Made by a program: the position numbers and the translations under genes. A stretch of 64,000 nt of DNA from Promethearchaeota archaeon (GTDB taxonomy: Archaea; Asgardarchaeota; Lokiarchaeia; Sigyniarchaeales; SOKP01), in NCBI GenBank assembly GCA_048941285.1, contig JBHLNS010000011.1:9250-73249 (forward strand), read 5' to 3'. The notes below the pieces were generated by a model. That model searched no databases. It was not told the DNA's origin and saw only the letters and a list, made by a program, of their open reading frames with translations. Shown piece after piece: positions 9,096 to 18,710 of the stretch (position 1 is the stretch's first letter; the number at the start of each line of letters is the position of its first letter).

Positions 9096-10892
9096 ATGGA
9101 AAAGAAAAATTTGGTTATAATCATCTTAGCATTAATATTAGCTACCTCTGGAATTGGTAACATTCTTATGGCTATTATGCTGAATCTTATTAAAACACCT
9201 CCTAATCTAGCAGTGCTTAAGGTAGCAAGAGAATCCAACCCTATTACAATGGATCCATGCGATGCCTGGGATATAGTTTCAAATAGTATGCTTGATCAAG
9301 TAGTCGAAACATTATTGGCTTACAATTTATCTGACATTAATTTTCCAATTATAGGAAGACTTGCTGAAACTTGGGATTTTCAAAGCACAAAATTCGGTAC
9401 AAATATCACATTCCAATTACGAGATAATGTCTATTTCCATGATGGCGCAAGATTGACTGGAGAATGTGTTATACACACTTTCGAAAGAATCAATTATTTT
9501 GGTAATGCAACTGGTTCTTTAGAAAAACCTAATAAAATGGCTAACCCACACAGCTTATATAAACTTCCTAATAAACCCCCCGGTTTAACACCAATCTTTA
9601 ACCATACCCTTACTTTTGTGAATCCTGCTGATGAGTTAGAAATTACATTAATATTGAATGCTCCATTTTCTTCAGCTGAAGGATTGTTAGCTTATACCGC
9701 AAGCTCAATAGTCCATCCTGATTCTACTCCTGTAAATGAGATGTTAGAATTAGGATTAGATCTAATTGTTGGAACTGGTCCATTCAAAATAGTTACGTAT
9801 ATACCTAATTCCGAGGTTCGATTTGAGCGTTGGAACAGATATTGGGATGATCCCGCTTATTGGGATGAAATAGTATACATTTATTATAGAGATACGATCA
9901 CCGCAAATGTTGCGATGCTAGCTGGAGATATAGATTGGTTAGGTCAGGGAATTGCTTCACTTATACCAAACTTTGAAGCAGATCCAACTATAATAGTTAC
10001 TGGGGATGGTATTCATGATTATATTAACGGTTCTGCCTATTGGTATATTGAATTTAATTCTGAAGTCATTAATATTACCTGGAGAAAAGCAATATCATAT
10101 GCCTTTAACTATAGTTATCTAATTAAAGATATACAACAAGATACGGTTGTAAGAGCTCACTCATTAGTTCCTCCAAGTTTTCCCGCCCATAATAAATCAG
10201 TAAGGGCTGCTAATTATAATGTCCCTAAAGCGAGACAATATATGCAGAGTATGGGTTATGGTTATAGTGTTGGAATCCCTTGGGATGTAGGCTCTCAAAT
10301 TGGAGATATATTTACACCAGGGATAGATGAAGATAAATGGAAAGCATCAGAATTTATACCTACTACAAAAGCATCTGGATGGACATTACCCACCGCTAAT
10401 TTTACAAATAATGCTTTTAATTTTTGGATACTACTTGGTTCTCATTTTTTTGATTTACTTTTTCAACGATTTTCAATAGATATGAGTTTAATCGGAATAA
10501 AGACAACTCCACAGATATTGACTTTTGACCAAATAATTAATATTGCCTTTAATCATCGTGAAAAACTTCATGTCTATTTCACTGGTTGGGGTCCTGATTA
10601 CTTTGATACTTTCAATATGATCGAACCGTTAGTTAATCCAGATTCTCATGCGAACTGGGGAGGAATTAATGAACCTGAAATTAATAATCTTCTAGCAATT
10701 ACCGCAAGAGAAACTGATATTGTCCAGAGATATCAATACTACGAAAAGCTTCAATATTTAATTCATGATAAATACTTCTTCCATATGCCTTTAATGTATT
10801 ATAAAGTTTACCATGTGCATGCTGCTACCTTAAAGGGATTTCCTTATAACTCCATGATGAATATTTATTGGTATCCTTGCTATCGCGAATAA
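9096..10892 (+). CDS. ABC transporter substrate-binding protein, family 5 (peptide/nickel), N-terminal anchor; no cognate permease or ATPase adjacent
   Basis: MDP, LAETW, LRDNVYFHDG, GTGPF, RKAISYAFN, GWGPDYFD. Confidence 0.9.
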   Translation: MEKKNLVIIILALILATSGIGNILMAIMLNLIKTPPNLAVLKVARESNPITMDPCDAWDIVSNSMLDQVVETLLAYNLSDINFPIIGRLAETWDFQSTKFGTNITFQLRDNVYFHDGARLTGECVIHTFERINYFGNATGSLEKPNKMANPHSLYKLPNKPPGLTPIFNHTLTFVNPADELEITLILNAPFSSAEGLLAYTASSIVHPDSTPVNEMLELGLDLIVGTGPFKIVTYIPNSEVRFERWNRYWDDPAYWDEIVYIYYRDTITANVAMLAGDIDWLGQGIASLIPNFEADPTIIVTGDGIHDYINGSAYWYIEFNSEVINITWRKAISYAFNYSYLIKDIQQDTVVRAHSLVPPSFPAHNKSVRAANYNVPKARQYMQSMGYGYSVGIPWDVGSQIGDIFTPGIDEDKWKASEFIPTTKASGWTLPTANFTNNAFNFWILLGSHFFDLLFQRFSIDMSLIGIKTTPQILTFDQIINIAFNHREKLHVYFTGWGPDYFDTFNMIEPLVNPDSHANWGGINEPEINNLLAITARETDIVQRYQYYEKLQYLIHDKYFFHMPLMYYKVYHVHAATLKGFPYNSMMNIYWYPCYRE

Positions 10893-10950
10893 TAGATTAA
10901 AAGCTAAAAAGCTAATAGTATTGCTGAATCCGAAAGATAATTTAGTAAAG

Positions 10951-11163
10951 TCAGAATTCTTGTCTTAATATCAATATATATTCAGGATCTCTTTCTTTGA
11001 AAGCAATTTTTTCTGTTCCTGAATAAATATCTGGAGTATCATGTTTTTTAAAGATTCGTGAGAATGGAATAACTAATGTAGATATCTCTAAGTGTTCTTC
11101 AGAAACAGCCTTCCTAAACTCTTTATCGTAGAATTTATAGATTTTTTCTAAACTCGTATATAT
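10951..11163 (-). CDS. Small 'PDIYSG' family protein, copy 3; ATA start, or in frame after the stop of 11173..11598
   Basis: Manual translation IYTSLEKIYKFYDKEFRKAVSEEHLEISTLVIPFSRIFKKHDTPDIYSGTEKIAFKERDPEYILILRQEF*; preceded by TAAGGAAGGGAG; not in the ORF track. Confidence 0.6.
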   Translation of the reverse strand: MYTSLEKIYKFYDKEFRKAVSEEHLEISTLVIPFSRIFKKHDTPDIYSGTEKIAFKERDPEYILILRQEF

Positions 11164-11172
11164 CTCCCTTCC

Positions 11173-11598
11173 TTATTCTTTTACAATTAGTTTTCCTCTA
11201 ATCCGGAGTTTTACTCCAAGTTTTTCAAGTTTATTTCTATGGTCAAAAATAATATCTCTAAGAATTTTTTTGCTAATTTCAAGTTGTTCTGCCAAAATAT
11301 CAAATTCTATTTCATTGAATAGCTCAGAGTACCTAACTAATTTCTGAATTGAATCTTGTATAACTTGATCGTAATCTGCTATCTCAATTTCTCTTGTAAT
11401 ATCATTTAAATCAATGTCATAATTACTTTTTAAGATATTTGGATTAGTTTCAATCCAATTATGCACAAGGCTTCTAACTGTTTCTGAACGGGATTGTTTT
11501 CTCTTTTTCGCCATCAGACTTATTACTCTTTCATCAAAAGCATCTAAACTAAAAGTAATTCTAGATAAATCTGATGATTTTTTTGTATCTGATGGCAT
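11173..11598 (-). CDS. Ribbon-helix-helix (CopG-like) DNA-binding protein with C-terminal winged-helix-like segment
   Basis: RITFSLD-x-helix-SRSETVRSLV; C-terminal IEFDILAEQLEIS. Confidence 0.7.
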   Translation of the reverse strand: MPSDTKKSSDLSRITFSLDAFDERVISLMAKKRKQSRSETVRSLVHNWIETNPNILKSNYDIDLNDITREIEIADYDQVIQDSIQKLVRYSELFNEIEFDILAEQLEISKKILRDIIFDHRNKLEKLGVKLRIRGKLIVKE

Positions 11599-11683
11599 TT
11601 TTATAAAATATCCGACAAAAATTCTTGCTTAAGATACACATTTCTTTTCGAATATTTAAATCTTCGCCTTTGATGATCATTTA

Positions 11684-11703
11684 ATGCATCACTGAAGATG
11701 CAT
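11684..11703. promoter_or_regulatory. Perfect inverted repeat ATGCATC-N6-GATGCAT, candidate operator
   Basis: Lies between the divergent RHH gene and 11776..12426. Confidence 0.45.
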
Positions 11704-11775
11704 AGATTTATAAACGAGTAGGATCATATAATATTCATATACCATTAGTATGTCATATGAATATTATACGGTCAT

Positions 11776-12426
11776 GTGAGTAAAATGTTAGAGCTTTATA
11801 CCCCTCAATATGAACAAATAAATACCAAAGAACGTATAACCATCGATTTAATAAAAGATGGTCAAGAATTTTTGCAGCAATTTGATATTAATACAGATTT
11901 TTTGTTAGATACAATTTCAGTAGTATATAGATATTTGAGAAATAATGGCAAGATTCCCCATAATCTTTACAAATTTTTCGTAACGGCATATTATATAATT
12001 TCTAGGCATCCATTTGCATTTCCTGTCCATGAAACTAAGAAAGATTTTTGTAAGAAATTTAATCTCCCAGTAAGCGCATTAGATTATTGTGTCGAAAAAA
12101 TAACAAATTCCTTAAACTATATCAAAATTTTAGATGACATGAACTTTCCTTATTTTGTTGATCCAAAACGAGATATTAGCTTAAAATTCATTAAAAATAT
12201 TATTAAATCGAAAGTGGATAAGGCAATGATGACTTTCTTAGTATATGATCAGCCAATTAACTCACAAATCCTTACAGAAGATTTGGTGAATGAAGCAATT
12301 TTCGAACAAAAAGCATTTCCTGAGGAACTCTTCAGGCAATTATTCGAGATCGCTTTTGATTATGTTGAAGAAGAGTTTTTAGATTACAATGAATATGTAA
12401 ATTTACAAAAGAAAGTTTTCATATAA
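11776..12426 (+). CDS. Hypothetical protein with a TFIIB/cyclin-box-like helical repeat
   Basis: FFVTAYYIISR...TKKDFCKKFNLPVSAL resembles the TFB repeat pattern AA(I)Y...TQKEIA. Confidence 0.5.
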   Translation: MSKMLELYTPQYEQINTKERITIDLIKDGQEFLQQFDINTDFLLDTISVVYRYLRNNGKIPHNLYKFFVTAYYIISRHPFAFPVHETKKDFCKKFNLPVSALDYCVEKITNSLNYIKILDDMNFPYFVDPKRDISLKFIKNIIKSKVDKAMMTFLVYDQPINSQILTEDLVNEAIFEQKAFPEELFRQLFEIAFDYVEEEFLDYNEYVNLQKKVFI

Positions 12427-12439
12427 TTTAAAAGCTAAA

Positions 12440-12739
12440 TCAATGTGCAATCTTCTCAGAATTATCTAATTTTTTTATAATTATAAAATATCGACTTCCA
12501 ATGAAAATGATAATTAAGCCTCCTAGAGCAATTAATATCGTATACCATCCATACAGAGTTATCCACACAGTTATATAATTTATTGGATCTAATGGAATAC
12601 AATCTGGACCATATGGATTAGGGATACATGGTGCTGTAACTCTATTAAATAGGATTGAAAAAGTGGTGTTACCCGCAAACAGATAAAATCCGATAATCAA
12701 TAGGATAAGACCCTTAACTTTCCTTCTAAAAATAATCAC
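12440..12739 (-). CDS. Small two-TM membrane protein with a Cys pair in the loop
   Basis: Two hydrophobic segments flanking PCIPNPYGPDCIP. Confidence 0.6.
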   Translation of the reverse strand: MIIFRRKVKGLILLIIGFYLFAGNTTFSILFNRVTAPCIPNPYGPDCIPLDPINYITVWITLYGWYTILIALGGLIIIFIGSRYFIIIKKLDNSEKIAH

Positions 12740-12890
12740 ACTTTTTCTTATACAATATTGTCTATTATCAATTAAAATTATAAATAGCTATATAAAATTT
12801 TCTTCAAGGATTCTCTTAATTTATAATTATTAGATAGATGAATTTTCTAGAGTAAGGTCTCTTCTAGATTTATGAAATTAACTTTTTCTT

Positions 12891-13766
12891 TCAATTTTTA
12901 TTATCCCATTCTTTAAGTGCGAGAGAAATGTTTAGGAATTGTCTTTGAAAGTTTAAAGGAGTTGAGAATTCATAAAATCGCAAAAATGGAGTTAAACTAT
13001 ATTTGGAAATAATAGATTTTCTTTTTCTTGGAAGCCATCTGTCTTCAATTATGTTCGTATAAATTGTTTTTTTTCTTTTACTGAATTTATTCGCGATTCT
13101 ATTTGAAGTTAGAAATATTCCAATTAATTGAGAATCTTTATTCTTTATTTTTCCGATTTTATAGGAGGGATTAATTGAAATATGATATTTGCTTTTCAAG
13201 GGAATAATTAATCCATCATAATAGAATCGCCAAATTATAGGAATTATTATGCTTAAAAATAAATAAAATGCTAAAATTCCAGTAAAAAGCGTATTAATTG
13301 GGGGAGGATTAAAAGATAAGATATCAAATTCTACTAGAAATAATGAGACTATTGAAATACTATTTAATATTAGGAATATAATCCAACTTTTTCTTTTTTC
13401 TTGAATAATGAATCCAAGATCATTAATGTCATTGTAGATTTGTTGTTTAAGAAGGGGAGTGACTCTCATAATGACTATTTTTAGTAAATAAAAAATTAGG
13501 AATGCCCCAATGCTAAATATTGCCCAATTTATTGATAAATTAAAGCGGTAGGGATGTAATCCGGTAATTACAACGCCCTTACTAGGAATTAGAAAAACTG
13601 GATAAATTAAAGTAAAGTGAATAATAAAAATGATTAATATTATTGATAGATATCTCAATATTTTAATACCAATTTTTCGATATTCTACTTTAATTCTATG
13701 GTAAGGATTTGAAACAATCTCATTAAATTCAATATCTATCTCCGTTGAGGGTTCATTTTCTTCCAT
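12891..13766 (-). CDS. Four-TM membrane protein of unknown function (start re-called to the ATG at 13766)
   Basis: TAATG stop/start overlap with the upstream gene; four hydrophobic segments. Confidence 0.7.
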   Translation of the reverse strand: MEENEPSTEIDIEFNEIVSNPYHRIKVEYRKIGIKILRYLSIILIIFIIHFTLIYPVFLIPSKGVVITGLHPYRFNLSINWAIFSIGAFLIFYLLKIVIMRVTPLLKQQIYNDINDLGFIIQEKRKSWIIFLILNSISIVSLFLVEFDILSFNPPPINTLFTGILAFYLFLSIIIPIIWRFYYDGLIIPLKSKYHISINPSYKIGKIKNKDSQLIGIFLTSNRIANKFSKRKKTIYTNIIEDRWLPRKRKSIISKYSLTPFLRFYEFSTPLNFQRQFLNISLALKEWDNKN

Positions 13767-14230
13767 TATTTTGATTCCCTCCATTTCTTTACTTTTTCTT
13801 TTTCCTCTTGAGGAGAATTCCAAAATTTTTGAATTATCTCTTGAAACAGCATAAAATCTGGATTATCATCTGTATTTAATTTAATGATATGAAATTTTTG
13901 ACTTTTTCTTTCAATCTTTATAAAATTCTGTTGTTCCAAATAATCAAAAGCATGCGTTAATTTTTCTAATCTATCGATATTCAAACTATTTTTAATATCA
14001 GTTTTGTTGATAACTGTATTCGATTCCTGTAATTTAGCTAAGCTCATTAATACTTGGCCTCCCCTGAGAGAAGCGATGTTTGTTAGTTTATCAATTATTT
14101 TGCATATACTCCTAAAAATTCCATTCAACTCATTATAGAAATTTATTTTTTCGTATCCCTTTAGGTCCATTCCTTTCTTAAAGTCATCTAATTGGTATTT
14201 TTGAATAAAATATTCATAAGATATCGTCAT
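13766..14230 (-). CDS. Conserved hypothetical protein with winged-helix-like domain
   Basis: INKTDIKNSL...AFDYLEQQNFIKIERK wHTH pattern. Confidence 0.65.
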   Translation of the reverse strand: MTISYEYFIQKYQLDDFKKGMDLKGYEKINFYNELNGIFRSICKIIDKLTNIASLRGGQVLMSLAKLQESNTVINKTDIKNSLNIDRLEKLTHAFDYLEQQNFIKIERKSQKFHIIKLNTDDNPDFMLFQEIIQKFWNSPQEEKEKVKKWRESK

Positions 14231-14432
14231 TATGATATTAATATATCATGGAAATTATAAAAAAATACCATAAATATATAATCTCCATTTTAGTAAATAT
14301 AAAATGTAGACAGTTAATTTGTTTTCTTTTACAGAGATTTTGTATTCTTCTACGTTAAATTTTCAACTTTTTTTAAATACTAAAGTAAACATTCAAGTTT
14401 TGATAATATATCATAACAGCGTATGTTTTAAA

Positions 14433-14774
14433 ATGCGAGAAAATAAAAATTATAAATTCGTTAGTTTGTGTCTTCTTTTAATAGCATTAAGTCTTGGTAT
14501 TCCCTCAATAGTAATAGCTCAATTAAATCCACCTGAAAATCAAAATCAGAATCTAGTTCAAGGGATTGGAGAAATTGTATATCTTTCCTTTGAAGGAGGG
14601 TTCTTTGGTATAATTTCTGATAATGGAAATGCTTATGATCCGATAAATTTACCATCTGAATTTGAAATTGTTGGGTTGAGAGTAGAATTTAGGGGAGAGA
14701 TTTTAGATCTCTATAGCTTCCATATGTGGGGGAGAATTATAAAGATTTTATTTATTAGAATAGCATCGACTTAA
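14433..14774 (+). CDS. Exported small beta-rich protein (start re-called to the ATG at 14433)
   Basis: Signal/anchor followed by GEIVYLSFEGGFFGI...YDPINLP...GLRVEF. Confidence 0.7.
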   Translation: MRENKNYKFVSLCLLLIALSLGIPSIVIAQLNPPENQNQNLVQGIGEIVYLSFEGGFFGIISDNGNAYDPINLPSEFEIVGLRVEFRGEILDLYSFHMWGRIIKILFIRIAST

Positions 14775-14776
14775 TA

Positions 14777-15247
14777 TTGACAAAGGTTTTGAAATTGCAT
14801 AGAGGAAATTTGAAGACTTTTATATTTTATTCTAATATTACCATTATTATATCAGGATTTATTCTTCTTTTATTAAATATTGATAATTTTTCTGTAATTC
14901 ATGCATGGGCAAGTCCATCGTTGCCAGTAATGAAATATGAAACTTATTCCTCATTAGAAATATTGTATCTCTATATGCTCGTTGTTTTAGCAGTAATTAA
15001 CATAATATCTATGAGAGTTGATAAATTATTTAGGATAAGACCTTTTAATTATATTTTTACTCTGCTAGTATCAACCGTTTTTACCTTAATTTTATTCCTT
15101 AATCCACATATATTAATAATTAATCCCACAGGATTACCTCCAACACAATTAGATGCTCTAGAAGTTGGAGGGATTATTAGTATTATTTTATTTGCTAATC
15201 TTATAATAAACAACATTACGAGCTTATGGATCGAAAGAAAACTCTAA
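14777..15247 (+). CDS. Membrane protein
   Basis: Four hydrophobic segments; operon-like spacing. Confidence 0.6.
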   Translation: MTKVLKLHRGNLKTFIFYSNITIIISGFILLLLNIDNFSVIHAWASPSLPVMKYETYSSLEILYLYMLVVLAVINIISMRVDKLFRIRPFNYIFTLLVSTVFTLILFLNPHILIINPTGLPPTQLDALEVGGIISIILFANLIINNITSLWIERKL

Positions 15248-15756
15248 ATGTTTTGAAAATTTTTGGGATAGTCATTGGATCATTATTATTAAGCGAACTT
15301 ATTCATGAAAGTGGTCATGCTTTTTTTGCTCTAATTTCAGGTGGTACTATAACAGCATTTTTTCCATTCCCCGTTATAATAGGAGGGGAGTTTACAGCAG
15401 GTTTCGTTGGTTATACTAATGTTCCTTTCTATCTAGAACCTTTAGTGTTAATGGGTGGAGAGATTTTTCAATGGATGACAATTTTATCCATTCTTGTTTA
15501 TTTATATTACAAACCTAAACTTCGAAAGAATCTGTTTCTATTGGTATTACTTCTTATAGCATTGTTAGATTTTCCCTTATACACATTAAATAACTCAATT
15601 GGCCTCCCACACTGGTTTTTAATAGGGAGCAGTAATGGAGATATTATAAGATTTTCAGTATTAATAGGATTTCCATTATGGATTTTTATAGTTCTTTCAT
15701 GTATTCAGTTATCATTTACCTATTTGATATTTTCTACGTTAAAAACAATCAGATAA
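15226..15756 (+). CDS. M50-like intramembrane zinc metalloprotease
   Basis: IHESGH (HExxH) in a TM segment; downstream NGD. Confidence 0.72.
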   Translation: MDRKKTLNVLKIFGIVIGSLLLSELIHESGHAFFALISGGTITAFFPFPVIIGGEFTAGFVGYTNVPFYLEPLVLMGGEIFQWMTILSILVYLYYKPKLRKNLFLLVLLLIALLDFPLYTLNNSIGLPHWFLIGSSNGDIIRFSVLIGFPLWIFIVLSCIQLSFTYLIFSTLKTIR

Positions 15757-15786
15757 TAGATTATTAAGAATATTCAGATTAGATAT

Positions 15787-16635
15787 TTAAGCTGAATTTT
15801 CATATGGTTTTAAATTATCCAATAACCTATTAACTTTGGAAAATAATCCTAACGTTAAACTTAATTCGTTTTTTGACATTAAGCTCCTCCCAAAAATATT
15901 GCGAAAAGCAAAGAAGACGTTTTCTTCTTTATATGTTCTTATTTTTAATTTTTCAATTATTTCTTTAATAATCTTAAGTAGTATTAAGCGGTCTTCTCTA
16001 TTAGCAATTAACACTGGATGAGAACCACGACCTATATTTAGTTTACTTACTTTTTTAAATATTTCGTATAAAATAATTCCGCAAGCATGGGACAAATTTA
16101 ATGTTGAATATTTATTGTTTGTTGGAATTCTTAAAAGTATATCTGCTAAACTTATTTCTTCATTAGTTAAACCTCTTGATTCTTTTCCAAATAAGAGTGC
16201 AATTTTTATAGGTTTAACTGAATTTGGGAGAGAAAAATCTTCTGGAAAAATGGCTAATCTTCTAATATTTGAATTTCTTTTTCCGCGAGCAGTTGTAGCT
16301 ATGATGTAATCAAATCTTTTAAGAAAAACTTCAAATCTTTTAAGATGATCCTCCTGATTCTCCAATTCTATAATCTCTGAATTAAAAAGAATTTCTTTTC
16401 CATGCATAGCAAATCCTTGAGTTTCATAGCTTAAGATTTTATCTATGTTTTCAACTGGGTTAAAGATTACAAGGTTTTTAAAGTTAAAATTTTCCATAAT
16501 ACGAGCTATAGATCCAATATTTCCTGAATGTTCAGGTTTGACTAAAACAATAGTGAATGATAAGTTTTCATAATCTTTTACTCTATGAGTCTCTTGAAAA
16601 GAATTAATTTCCATTTTAGTCTTTTTTTTATCCAA
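15787..16635 (-). CDS. SPOUT tRNA methyltransferase, TrmJ/TrmH family
   Basis: LVKPEHSGNIGSIARIMENF, FGKESRGLTNEE, LNLSHA. Confidence 0.9.
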   Translation of the reverse strand: MDKKKTKMEINSFQETHRVKDYENLSFTIVLVKPEHSGNIGSIARIMENFNFKNLVIFNPVENIDKILSYETQGFAMHGKEILFNSEIIELENQEDHLKRFEVFLKRFDYIIATTARGKRNSNIRRLAIFPEDFSLPNSVKPIKIALLFGKESRGLTNEEISLADILLRIPTNNKYSTLNLSHACGIILYEIFKKVSKLNIGRGSHPVLIANREDRLILLKIIKEIIEKLKIRTYKEENVFFAFRNIFGRSLMSKNELSLTLGLFSKVNRLLDNLKPYENSA

Positions 16636-16685
16636 TCCTATCCTACTCCTTTTTTTTAAAATTCTATTAAAATTAATAAAGTAAT

Positions 16686-17516
16686 TTAATTTTCTAAAAA
16701 ATGTAAAATCATATTATTAACTTCAGCTGCTCTTGATATTGTCATGAAATGTCCCGCTCTTTCTATAACTTTTAAAGTGCTATTCGGTATTCTTTTATTT
16801 ATTTCAATCATTAAATTTTTAGGAATCAATCGATCATGAGAAGCCGTAATTAATAACGTCTCATTTTCAATTTTATTTAATTGATTTAATACATTATGCA
16901 TTTTCATTGCATTTCCTTGATTAATTATATCTTGAGGTCTTGATGGATTTTTCTTACTCTCCTCTATTAAGTCCTCTAATGAAAAAATGTTATGAAATTT
17001 CTTTTTTGGATCTTGTTTGAGTGCTTGCCGGAATTTCGGATGATAAGTAAAAATAGCTTTATTCCAAAATGCTTTAGCAGGATTAGTTTTTAACAATTCA
17101 ATTTCTTTTAAGCGATTATCAACTACGATTTCAACTGCACCTTCTTCATCAAAGTTTGCATTTGTAGCTATTAAAACAAGTTTATTAACCCTATTTGGAT
17201 ATTTTAAAACAAAATTTTGAGCAATCATTCCCCCAAATGATCTCCCAATCAGATGTGCTGAATTTAAATGTAAGTAATTCATCAATTTCTTTATATCCTC
17301 TACAAACATATCCATTGTATAGAGATAGTCTGGTCTATCAGTTTTTCCAGTTCCCCTAAGGTCGAACGTAATAGTTTTGTATTTTTTACAAAAATCTATT
17401 ATCTGAGGCTTCCAAATTTCCTTTTTTGACCCAAATCCATGAATAAATATTACTGGAAAGCCATTTCCTTGAATCTCATAGGAAATGTTTATCCCATTAA
17501 CAAATGCAAAACTCAT
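16686..17516 (-). CDS. Alpha/beta hydrolase
   Basis: IHGFG, DLRGTG, GRSFGG, AGH. Confidence 0.9.
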   Translation of the reverse strand: MSFAFVNGINISYEIQGNGFPVIFIHGFGSKKEIWKPQIIDFCKKYKTITFDLRGTGKTDRPDYLYTMDMFVEDIKKLMNYLHLNSAHLIGRSFGGMIAQNFVLKYPNRVNKLVLIATNANFDEEGAVEIVVDNRLKEIELLKTNPAKAFWNKAIFTYHPKFRQALKQDPKKKFHNIFSLEDLIEESKKNPSRPQDIINQGNAMKMHNVLNQLNKIENETLLITASHDRLIPKNLMIEINKRIPNSTLKVIERAGHFMTISRAAEVNNMILHFLEN

Positions 17517-18021
17517 AATACTAAGTAATAATTCACTGAATAATTATACTTTCCTTGTTATTCCTAAAAATATGTTAAATTCTTGGTAAAAAGTAAATTT
17601 TCATACAAATAATACATTAGTCCATTTACCTGATGAAACGCAAAGGAAGTGGTTTTGCGCTTATATTTGTATCAGTTTCGAGTTATTGATTAATTTCTAA
17701 GGTCATATTCTCAAAAAAAAAATATGAATTCAGCTTAAATTTTAATTCTTACAAATCGTTATTAAAGCTAAAATTTCATTAAGATCTAGATATCCTAAGA
17801 TATTGGAACTCACTAAAATTTTAAGAGCGACAAAAAAAGTAGGTAAATATCCCATCAAATTATAAAACTATGGTTTAGCCTTTTCCTATATATTAGATAG
17901 GAGAAATGAAAGATATAAATATTAAAAGCCTCTTTAGTTAGATAGGCTATTAATTTTGAAATAATAAGAATATTGTTATTGATAAGATTGTTCCATAATC
18001 TTAGAATTACATTAGAAGGGA

Positions 18022-18627
18022 ATGAATATAATGCCAGTTTATAAAAATATTAGACAGTTTCTTGAATTTATTAATATCAGTAATGAAAAATTTACATTAT
18101 TTGAATGGAAACCTGAAAGATCATTTCGAAGATTCGATTTAGATTTAAATATTGTTAAGGAAAATCCCATTAGTGGCATATTTTTTCATAGAGATAAAGG
18201 AAACATGAAACTTGTATACATTCGTAAACATAACCTTATATATACTGTAGGTGCAAATCCAGCAGTTCAATATCAACTTCTAGAAGCTTTATTGGAATAT
18301 ATTGATGAAAAATTCAATGAAATTTTTGATGTAGAAGCGATCTTGTCATTTGGAGACTTCTCTCCTGGTCTTTTTGATAAAGACTTTAAAAGAATTATTG
18401 AAGATACTGTTACTAATTTTGCAGATTTAGGTTTAGTAAAACGAATTCAAGTAGAATGTAGAGTCTGTGGTGTTGTTCTTCCCTTATTTGTGAAAAAAAG
18501 TTTCATTGCAAATGCAGAGTCCTATCCTGTCCCAATAGTATATAATCACCGCGGCCACGCAATTTTATGCTTCATCGACCAGGATTTTCATCATAGGGGA
18601 GTAGAGTTAGTAAATATTACAGGCTAA
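18022..18627 (+). CDS. Longin-like domain + C-terminal Zn-ribbon-like domain protein
   Basis: KLVYIRKHNLIYTVGA...LLEALLEYIDEKF longin-like pattern; CRVC...H..H...IDQDF..RGVE. Confidence 0.55.
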   Translation: MNIMPVYKNIRQFLEFINISNEKFTLFEWKPERSFRRFDLDLNIVKENPISGIFFHRDKGNMKLVYIRKHNLIYTVGANPAVQYQLLEALLEYIDEKFNEIFDVEAILSFGDFSPGLFDKDFKRIIEDTVTNFADLGLVKRIQVECRVCGVVLPLFVKKSFIANAESYPVPIVYNHRGHAILCFIDQDFHHRGVELVNITG

Positions 18628-18710
18628 TTAATTTTGAAACTTCATTATTAAGAACTTTTTCTTAAATCCTCAACAATGAATTTTTAAAGCTTGATTAAAA
18701 TAATATACAT

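Noticed and set aside
11671-11695. TGATGA...CTGA resembling a C/D box sRNA
   Set aside because: Only one C and D pair 15 nt apart, with no convincing second pair; the overlapping palindrome is a simpler explanation.
17630-17675. CTGATGA followed by a stem, suggesting a hammerhead ribozyme or a Loki-type SECIS
   Set aside because: No GAAA after the stem, no GA partner for an AUGA kink-turn, and no in-frame TGA selenoprotein candidate nearby. Kept only as a generic hairpin.
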